A stretch of 64,000 nt of DNA from an uncultured bacterium (GTDB taxonomy: Bacteria > Zhuqueibacterota > QNDG01 > DTFT01), in NCBI GenBank assembly GCA_963736115.1, contig CAVTNR010000030.1:1-64000 (forward strand). The letters run 5' to 3'. Below, in pieces: positions 57,468-64,000 of this stretch. How positions within the stretch are numbered: position 1 is the first letter of the stretch; the number at the start of each line of letters is the position of its first letter. Below the pieces are notes generated by a model that ran no database searches, was not told the origin of the DNA, and saw only the letters and a program-made list of their open reading frames with translations. A program made the position numbers and the translations under genes.

Positions 57468-58733
57468 ATGCAGATCGCTGGATTGAGGTACGGAGCGCCG
57501 CTCCTGAATCTGGTCGAATTTCCGGTGGCCGAACGCCTTGACGGCAATGCCACGCGGGACGAGATCCAGCGCATGCTGGATCAGTACGGCAGAATCGTGG
57601 TCAAACCGTTTTTTTACGGCGGCATCGGAAAAAAGGGGAAGGCCGGCCTGGTCCGCGTCGTGGACAATCTGACCGACGCCATGAAAGCCAAGGAGGAGCT
57701 GTACTTCGCCAAGCACCGGGTCGGCACGAAGACCGCGCGCGCGAACGGCGTCACCTTCGAGGAATTCGTCCAGTCGGAAATCGAGGTCTATTTCGCCATC
57801 GACGCCTCCACGATCGAGCGCAAGTCCGTATTCACGATTTCGCCGTTCGGGGGTGTTGACGTGGAAACGATCACGCCGGACAAAAAACGGACCGTCTGGA
57901 TCGATCCCTTCATCGGCATCAAGTCGTTCGACCTCACCAACAACCTGACGGACATCGGCTGTCCCGAGAAGTTCATTTCCCCGCTCGTCCAGCAGCTTCC
58001 CAAACTGTGGGCCCTGTACGACGGGTACGGGCTCGAGACCATCGAGTGCAACCCCATTCTCATGAAGAAAATTGATAACACCTATGTCCCGACGGTGTGC
58101 GACATCAAGATCAAGTTCGACCAGGACAATCCCGCGTGGCGCCGGCTGGGCCTGCCGCCTCTCCTCTTCCAGTCGGAGGTCTCGCCGTTCGAATCGGAGA
58201 TCAACCGCCTGCGCACCTATCAGGGCCAGAGCGACGTGCTGGAGCTCAACCCGCAGGGGACGATCATCCCCTTCATGTTCGGCGGCGGGGCCAACACGGC
58301 GGCCACCGAGACGCTGGGTGACCACGCGATTTTCTCGTCCGACTTCGGCGGGAACCCGCCGTACGGTAAAATGTACGAAATCGCCCGCATCGTGTTCAAG
58401 CACTGGTTCGACCGTGCCAATGTGATTCTCCTCATCGGCGGAAAGGCCAACAACACGGACATCTACGTGACGTTCAAGGGGATTTTCGACGCCCTGCGCG
58501 ACCACGTCGCGGCCCACGGCAAGCGGCCGGTCACGGTCGTGATCGGACGGGGAGGACCGAACCTGATCAGCGGCATGATGTACGCCAAGGACATCCTCGA
58601 CACCCTGAAGCTCCCGCACAAGATGTTCGGCTTCGATTCGTCCATGATCGAGGTGCTCGAGTACGCGAAGAAAATGGACGACTGGTGGGGCCGCGAAGGC
58701 GCCGACCGGTACCGGAAGGCGGTGGCCAAATGA
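57468..58733 (+). CDS. aclB: ATP-citrate lyase small (ATP-grasp) subunit, type II-like
   Basis: VKP-GGIGKKGKAGLV, GGVDVE, ECNP and CDIK ATP-grasp motifs; citrate-binding-like FGGGAN...SDFGGNPP...GGKANNTD...GRGGPN. Confidence 0.8.
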   Translation: MQIAGLRYGAPLLNLVEFPVAERLDGNATRDEIQRMLDQYGRIVVKPFFYGGIGKKGKAGLVRVVDNLTDAMKAKEELYFAKHRVGTKTARANGVTFEEFVQSEIEVYFAIDASTIERKSVFTISPFGGVDVETITPDKKRTVWIDPFIGIKSFDLTNNLTDIGCPEKFISPLVQQLPKLWALYDGYGLETIECNPILMKKIDNTYVPTVCDIKIKFDQDNPAWRRLGLPPLLFQSEVSPFESEINRLRTYQGQSDVLELNPQGTIIPFMFGGGANTAATETLGDHAIFSSDFGGNPPYGKMYEIARIVFKHWFDRANVILLIGGKANNTDIYVTFKGIFDALRDHVAAHGKRPVTVVIGRGGPNLISGMMYAKDILDTLKLPHKMFGFDSSMIEVLEYAKKMDDWWGREGADRYRKAVAK

Positions 58734-61462
58734 GACCGCTCGTCACCAAGCCGTTTCCCTATTTCGTGGGCGTGTATTCGCTCGAGGAGCTCGTCACCCG
58801 CAAGTCGCGCGTATGCGTGATCAACATACTCGGCAACGAGAGCCGCAAGGTCACGCCCGTGTCCCATGAATACAGCGGCGGCAATGTCGTGGCCGGCGTT
58901 CAGTACGGACGCCACGGCGTCCTGGAAACCGGCGCCGGCGACATTCCCGTGTACCACAGCGTCCGCGACGTGATGAAGCACGGCCATGACTTCGACATCG
59001 GCGTCATATACCTGCCCCCCGCCGCGGTCAGTCAGGCCGTCTGGGAGCTGGTCCGGTTCAACAGCGCGCTCAAGCGCATCGTGATCGTCACGGAAAAAGT
59101 CTCGACGCGCGATTCGCGCAACATCCGCGACATCTGCCAGAGCGCGGGCGTGGACGTCATCGGCGCCAACTGCCTCGGCGTGGCCAATGCCTGGGACCAC
59201 GTGCGCGTGGGCGGGGCCCTCGGCGGCGACCATCCGGAGGAAACCCTGCGGAAAGGCACCGTGGCCATCCATTCCAATTCCGGTAATTTCACCTCGACCA
59301 TCGCCGAGTACCTGAAAGTCACGGGGTTCGGAATCACAACGGCGGTCAGCTCGGGCAAGGACGTGTACGTGCATTTCGCGCTTCCCGAATTCCTGTACGC
59401 CGCGCAGAACGACACGCGCACCAAGGCCGTCGCCCTGTACGTGGAACCGGGCGGATATTACGAGAAGATGGCGCTCGACTGGATCCAGGCCCGGCTGTTC
59501 GGATTCAGCAAGCCCATGGTGGTCTGCGTCACGGGGAGGTGGAAGAAGAACCTGGAGCGCGCCTGCGGACACGCGGGCGCCATGGCGGGTTTCGGGAGCG
59601 ACGCCGAATCGAAGGAAAAATGGTTCGACGAGTATTTCGGCGTTCCGGTTTTCGACCCCGCCATTCCCAGGGTGAGCAAAAAGGGCGTTCGGATCTCCTC
59701 GCTCCAGCATTTCCCGGACGCCATGCGCGCCGTGTACGCGAAAATCGATGAAAAGCCCGATTTCGAGGCGTCCGGCGATCTGTCGCTCAAGCTCTGGATC
59801 TCCGACTCGTTTTTCCCGCTTCCGCCGGAACTGGACCTCCCCGTGGTGCGCGCCATTCCGCCCTATGACCAGCGCATTCAGGAGAGCAACCGTCTGGTCG
59901 GCGCGCATTTCCTGCGCCAGAACATGCGGCACAAGTCCGGCGCCTCGCGGCTCAACCCCGTGACCCAGGTCGCGGAACTCCACGGCGTGTCCGTGCTCGA
60001 ACTGTCCCGGAACGCCTTCGAGGACAATGTCTTTTTCTCGCTGACCAAGGTCATGCCGTCCAACGCCGCGTCCCGGGTTCTGAACCGCGTCCTGTCCGCC
60101 CTGGTCCGGATGCAGACGGTCAGGCCCGAGGCGTTCGACGAGGCCCGGCGGGCCGACTGCGCGCCGAACGCCTTTCTCGCCTCGGTCGCCGCGTCCATCG
60201 GAGATCCGCCCCTGGTCCGCGGCGCACGGTCCATGACGGGTTTTCTCATCGACCTGATGCGCGAACACGGTATCACGGAACAGACTGAAAAACTGCCGGA
60301 CGAAGCCGCCCGAAAGCTCGAAGCCGAATGCCTGGTCCGAACCGCTCCGGCCGAGATTCCGGAATGGGCCGGCCTGCTCGAGGCGGCGCTCGACGCGGAA
60401 CTGCCGCCGTCTCCAGTGACCACGGTCGTCCGCCACATTTCCGCGGCCCGGGCTTCCGGGAAAGCGCATCTGAAACAGCCGGTCGAGTTCGCCTTTGCCG
60501 CGGTCCTGACCGCCCTGTTCTGGAAGCCCATGCTCGAAAAGCGGATTTCGCGAGACGTCACGGAAAACGCGATCGCCTTCTTGAATGTCATTGCCGCCCT
60601 CGTCCGGCACGCCGTGATCGATCCCGCATCCAACACTTTCTGGAAAGGGCTCGCAAAGCCGGGAGCGGTTTCCTCCGGATCCGTAAAATTGACGGATACC
60701 CTTTTCCGCATTCTCTTCAGCCGGAAACCCGCGGATGTCGAGTCCGCGGAACTCCAGACCCTGCTCGGCCTCACGGTGACGAACGGGCCCGGCACGCTTT
60801 CCGCGATGGGCGCCAAGGAATCGGTGAGCGCACGGAACGCGATTCCCACGGCCTTCGCCGGATTCCTGACGAATACGGGAATGTCGCACGGCGGAAACGG
60901 GTTCGAAGCCGTGGAATTCCTCATCGGGCATTTCATGGACAGCCCGCTCCGGGATCCGGGTGACCCGAAGGACCCGGCCGACCTGCGGGCCCTGGCGTCC
61001 TCGGCGGCCAAATCGTATTTCAAGTACAAGCAGGCGCAGAAAGCGCTCGAAAACCCGTTGTACAAACGGATCCCCTGCGTCAACCATCCGGTGTTCAAGG
61101 GCAAGGACGTGAACATCGATCCGCGCGAGGATTTCATCCGGAAGGAGATGGCGAGCCACGGCGGGCACAACGCCTTCCTCGAGTTCTACCACCATCTGGT
61201 CCGCGAACTTTTCAATGAGGGCGCGACGGAAAACGTGTTCTGCGTGAACGTGGACGCGGTGCTGGCCTGCGTGGCGCTGAAGCTCATGTGGACGGACCTG
61301 CGGGAAAAGCGCATGACGACCCGTCAGGCCCAGGACCTGGTTTTCATCCTGTTCCTGCTCGGCCGCGCGGTCGGGACCGCGGCGGAAATCGCGGATCACC
61401 GCGACCGCGGCGAGGACATGGACTGCCGGACGCCGCAGAATGAGGTTGCGTTTGTCCTCTGA
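58730..61462 (+). CDS. aclA: ATP-citrate lyase large subunit, type II-like (CoA-binding, phospho-His and citryl-CoA lyase domains)
   Basis: IGANCLG, SNSG, EPGG, phospho-His GHAGA; C-terminal NGPG-SA, HGG, IPCVNHPVF-DPRE and NVDAV citrate-synthase-like motifs; 910 aa; ATGA overlap with aclB. Confidence 0.8.
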   Translation: MRPLVTKPFPYFVGVYSLEELVTRKSRVCVINILGNESRKVTPVSHEYSGGNVVAGVQYGRHGVLETGAGDIPVYHSVRDVMKHGHDFDIGVIYLPPAAVSQAVWELVRFNSALKRIVIVTEKVSTRDSRNIRDICQSAGVDVIGANCLGVANAWDHVRVGGALGGDHPEETLRKGTVAIHSNSGNFTSTIAEYLKVTGFGITTAVSSGKDVYVHFALPEFLYAAQNDTRTKAVALYVEPGGYYEKMALDWIQARLFGFSKPMVVCVTGRWKKNLERACGHAGAMAGFGSDAESKEKWFDEYFGVPVFDPAIPRVSKKGVRISSLQHFPDAMRAVYAKIDEKPDFEASGDLSLKLWISDSFFPLPPELDLPVVRAIPPYDQRIQESNRLVGAHFLRQNMRHKSGASRLNPVTQVAELHGVSVLELSRNAFEDNVFFSLTKVMPSNAASRVLNRVLSALVRMQTVRPEAFDEARRADCAPNAFLASVAASIGDPPLVRGARSMTGFLIDLMREHGITEQTEKLPDEAARKLEAECLVRTAPAEIPEWAGLLEAALDAELPPSPVTTVVRHISAARASGKAHLKQPVEFAFAAVLTALFWKPMLEKRISRDVTENAIAFLNVIAALVRHAVIDPASNTFWKGLAKPGAVSSGSVKLTDTLFRILFSRKPADVESAELQTLLGLTVTNGPGTLSAMGAKESVSARNAIPTAFAGFLTNTGMSHGGNGFEAVEFLIGHFMDSPLRDPGDPKDPADLRALASSAAKSYFKYKQAQKALENPLYKRIPCVNHPVFKGKDVNIDPREDFIRKEMASHGGHNAFLEFYHHLVRELFNEGATENVFCVNVDAVLACVALKLMWTDLREKRMTTRQAQDLVFILFLLGRAVGTAAEIADHRDRGEDMDCRTPQNEVAFVL

Positions 61463-62483
61463 CGACCGGTCTCAGCCGCTCGTCGAATGCGTGCCCAATT
61501 TCAGCGAGGGCCGCGACTCAGCGGTGATCCGGGCGGTGGCGGATGCGGCCGCCGGCACTCCCGGCGTACGGATTCTGAACGTCGATTCCGGACCGGACGC
61601 CAACCGAACGGTGCTCACTTTCGCGGGTCCAGCCGAAGCCTGCCTGGAGGCCGGGTTCCGCACGTTCCGGGCCGCGGTTGAACGCATCGACATGCGGAAG
61701 CAGAGCGGCGTTCACCCGCGCATCGGGGCTTTGGATGTGTTTCCCTTTGTTCCGCTCCGGGGCATCGGTCCGGATGCATGCGCGGTTCTGGCCGTCCGTC
61801 TGGCGGAAAGGGTCGGGAACGAACTGGGCGTTCCCGCGTATCTGTATGAGAGGGACGCGGCCGGGGAAAACCCGAGAAGCCTTTCCGGCCTGAGGGCCGG
61901 CGGTTACGAGGGCCTCGAGGCGCGTATGGCTGATCCGGCCTGGGCCCCGGATTTCGGTCCGGCCCGGTTCAATTCCAGATCCGGCGCATGCGCAATCGGA
62001 AGCCGCGGCATTCTGATCGCCTACAACGTGAATCTCGCGGATCCGGACCCCTCCACGGCAAGGCGCATCGCGGGCGCCATACGCGAAAGCGGAACGGGCG
62101 GAAAGCCTGGGTTGTTCAAAGCCTGCAAGGCCATCGGATGGCGCATCGAGAGCCGGGGGTGTTCGCAGGTATCGACCAATCTGACGGATTTCCGTGTCAC
62201 GGCCCCGCACAGGGTCCATGAAGCCTGCGTCCGGCTGGCCCGAGACGCGGGCACATCCGTGACCGGAAGCGAAATAGTCGGCCTGATGCCGCTCGAAGCC
62301 ATGACCGCGGCAGGGCGTTTTTTTTCAGGGAGTGCGGACTCGAATACGGATTCCGCCCCTGCGGAAACGCAGGATGGATGGGTCAAAGATGCAATCCGCG
62401 GTCTCGGGCTTGATGACTGGTATCCGTTCGATCCGGACGAAAAAATACTGGAACGGTGTCTGATGCGGGCGGGGTTGATGTAA
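61440..62483 (+). CDS. Glutamate formimidoyltransferase (FTCD transferase domain only)
   Basis: VECVPNFSEGRD, NRTV, IDMRKQ-G-HPRIGALDV-PFVP, LIAYNVNL, KAIGW, QVSTNL and SEIVGL-P. Confidence 0.9.
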   Translation: MRLRLSSDDRSQPLVECVPNFSEGRDSAVIRAVADAAAGTPGVRILNVDSGPDANRTVLTFAGPAEACLEAGFRTFRAAVERIDMRKQSGVHPRIGALDVFPFVPLRGIGPDACAVLAVRLAERVGNELGVPAYLYERDAAGENPRSLSGLRAGGYEGLEARMADPAWAPDFGPARFNSRSGACAIGSRGILIAYNVNLADPDPSTARRIAGAIRESGTGGKPGLFKACKAIGWRIESRGCSQVSTNLTDFRVTAPHRVHEACVRLARDAGTSVTGSEIVGLMPLEAMTAAGRFFSGSADSNTDSAPAETQDGWVKDAIRGLGLDDWYPFDPDEKILERCLMRAGLM

Positions 62484-62486
62484 ACA

Positions 62487-62556
62487 ACGCATGGCGCGGA
62501 GCGCGCAGCGCAAAACAAGACGCATAGCGCACTGCGCACAGCGTAAAACAAGACGC
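62487..62556 (+). repeat. Degenerate CGC-core heptamer array organised as a 33-bp tandem duplication
   Basis: ACGCATGGCGCGGAGCGCGCAGCGCAAAACAAG / ACGCATAGCGCACTGCGCACAGCGTAAAACAAG / ACGC. Confidence 0.75.
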
Positions 62557-62612
62557 CCGATGTATCAGTCCATTCATGAAATATGTGCTTTCAGACAATA
62601 AAGGAGAAACCC

Positions 62613-63371
62613 ATGAAGCGCATGATTGTCACGACGCTGGTTCTCGCCTCAGCCCTGGCGGCCTCGGCGGATACCAAAATCCGGCAGAAACATCACAACG
62701 ACGCGTTTACGGTCATGGGACAGACCCAGGCGGCACGGGATTACGAGGGGACTCTGTGGTTCGGCCAGGACAGGGCCAGGAATGACATGGACAAGCAATC
62801 GATCATCATGCGCATGGACAAGGGGATCGTACTGATCCTGAACCACGAGAACAAAACCTGGACGGAACTGCCGATGGACATATCCAAGGCAGTCGCGCAG
62901 GCGTCCCGGGAATCCGGGGAGGACGTCCCGGAGGGTCTTCCGGCCGAGATGCAGGAGATGATGAAGGGCATGTTCAAGAATGTCAAATTTACGGTGACCG
63001 AGACGGCTGAAAAAGCCGTGATTAACGGGTGGAACTGCCGCAAATTTATCCAGAAAGTCGAAGGGGGCATGGCGCCCTCGACATCCGAGGTCTGGGCTTC
63101 GATGGACGTGAAACTGGACTACAAAATGATGGCCAAAATGTCCGCATCCATGATGGCCATGCAGCCCGGGTTGAAAGAGATGGTCGCGGACATTCAGAAG
63201 GAAACCGAGAAAATCAAGGGGATGGCGGTGCGGACGGTCACGGTTTCGACGGTCATGAACTCCAAAATGAAATCGTCCATCGAGCTGATCGAGGCGAAGA
63301 ACGACGTGACTCCTCCCGCGGGCATCTACGAGCCGCCGGCCGGGTACAAGAAAGCCAAGGGGATGCAGTAA
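62613..63371 (+). CDS. Exported DUF4412-like protein
   Basis: AAGGAG RBS, signal peptide, I-R-DKG...NHENKTW-E, INGWNCRK and YEPPAGYKK. Confidence 0.7.
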   Translation: MKRMIVTTLVLASALAASADTKIRQKHHNDAFTVMGQTQAARDYEGTLWFGQDRARNDMDKQSIIMRMDKGIVLILNHENKTWTELPMDISKAVAQASRESGEDVPEGLPAEMQEMMKGMFKNVKFTVTETAEKAVINGWNCRKFIQKVEGGMAPSTSEVWASMDVKLDYKMMAKMSASMMAMQPGLKEMVADIQKETEKIKGMAVRTVTVSTVMNSKMKSSIELIEAKNDVTPPAGIYEPPAGYKKAKGMQ

Positions 63372-63373
63372 GA

Positions 63374-63435
63374 GTTCAAAGTTCAAAGGACACAGGCACT
63401 TCTTTCTTTTTGAACTTTGAACTTTAACTTTGAAC
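63374..63435. repeat. Inverted pair of GTTCAAA heptamer arrays
   Basis: (GTTCAAA)2 at 63374-63387; TTTGAAC TTTGAAC TTTAAC TTTGAAC at 63409-63435. Confidence 0.8.
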
Positions 63436-63447
63436 TTAAAAAAGTAT

Positions 63448-63613
63448 GTAGGTCCGAAATGCCGAGCCCGAAGCCTTCATTAAAAATAATCTGTTGTTTG
63501 GTCCCGCACAGCGGGAGGCGAGGCTTTCGGACACCTCCATTAAAATGTCCGATAGCCTCGCGAAAAAATGCGAGTGCCCCGAAGGGTGCCGCAAAGCGGC
63601 ATATCGGACCTAC
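63448..63613. mobile_element. Non-autonomous MITE/REPIN-like element with 17-bp terminal inverted repeats
   Basis: GTAGGTCCGAAATGCCG ... CGGCATATCGGACCTAC (1 mismatch); internal inverted repeat GCGAGGCTTTCGGACA / TGTCCGATAGCCTCGC. Confidence 0.55.
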
Positions 63614-63627
63614 TTGACAGAGGCTCA

Positions 63628-64000
63628 ATGGATCGAAAATCATTTCTCCAGCGCACGTTTGGCGCGGGCGCGCTGGCCGCGTGCGGCCTGGCGATGCCGG
63701 CCCGGGCCGGTGAGACTGAAAAAACCGGCGATCCTGACGCGGCGTTCCGTGAAAGCTGGGTCAAAAATTTCCTGAAGAATCTGGACGCGTCCATGAATCC
63801 CATGGAACGCGACGCATTCATGGCGGCCAATGGACGGGACTGCGCCCGCAGATCCGCGATCCGGCTGGCGGAGTCCTGCAAAGGCGACATGGCGGGATTC
63901 GCCGAAAAACTCGGCGGATGGGTCGGTAAAGAGAACGTTCAGCTCGATGATGGAAAAGTCATCCTCATCTACAAGGAATGCTATTGCCCGATGGTATCGA
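63628..64000 (+). CDS. Exported Cys-containing protein (DUF6144-like), partial, runs off the window end
   Basis: MDRKSFLQRTFGAGALAACGLAMPARA Tat-like signal; GRDCARR...YKECYCPMV; GAGG RBS; absent from the ORF track because no stop falls in the window. Confidence 0.65.
   Translation, partial: MDRKSFLQRTFGAGALAACGLAMPARAGETEKTGDPDAAFRESWVKNFLKNLDASMNPMERDAFMAANGRDCARRSAIRLAESCKGDMAGFAEKLGGWVGKENVQLDDGKVILIYKECYCPMVS

Noticed and set aside
58463-61399. 978-aa antisense ORF, and similar long shadow ORFs (51637-53727, 54370-56211, 13854-15272, 31591-33021)
   Set aside because: They lie opposite well-supported genes and have no recognisable motifs; long antisense ORFs are expected from high-GC codon bias
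62487-62556. Possible mini-CRISPR
   Set aside because: The 33-bp units are directly tandem with no unique spacers, and no cas genes are present
1-64000. tRNA, rRNA, prophage, intact IS/transposase, retron or known anti-phage defence genes
   Set aside because: None recognised by eye; small or divergent RNAs cannot be excluded without tRNAscan/Infernal

Overview
A 64-kb chromosomal window from a high-GC diderm bacterium. The gene content suggests an FCB-superphylum lineage outside Bacteroidota, such as KSB1/Calditrichota-like organisms; this is inferred from the PorU-like sortase, FlgD-Ig-type C-terminal sorting domains and LptD type. Bases 1-4.7 kb are the AT-rich tail of a surface-polysaccharide locus (acetyltransferase, Gfo/Idh/MocA oxidoreductase, WcaJ-like priming transferase, Wzi). 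The rest is GC-rich and mostly housekeeping or envelope genes: nth, glyoxylate reductase, hslR, alaC, a lipid A operon (GnnA-like, LmtA-like methyltransferase, lpxB, lpxK, nadB), csp, PNP, a CzcCBA-type RND pump with a Cys/His-containing upstream ORF, a MacB-type ABC pair, rarA, ROK kinase, LptD-like protein, alpha-2-macroglobulin/MBL/pbpC, ddl, hypBA, class II fba, PorU, IscU-like, YigZ, SDR, a two-subunit type II-like ATP-citrate lyase and a formiminotransferase. I saw no rRNA, tRNA, CRISPR, integrase or intact transposase. Four frameshift sites cluster in the first 7.1 kb and are probably sequencing errors. The most notable signals are: (1) GTTC-core heptamer tandem arrays that start 1-4 nt after TAA stop codons and occur as inverted pairs, nested with REP-like palindromes; (2) a twice-present ~88-bp hairpin element with conserved ends and a variable but still base-paired centre; (3) a type II-like ATP-citrate lyase; (4) a Leptospira-like lipid A modification gene set; (5) a T9SS-like sortase and its putative cargo.
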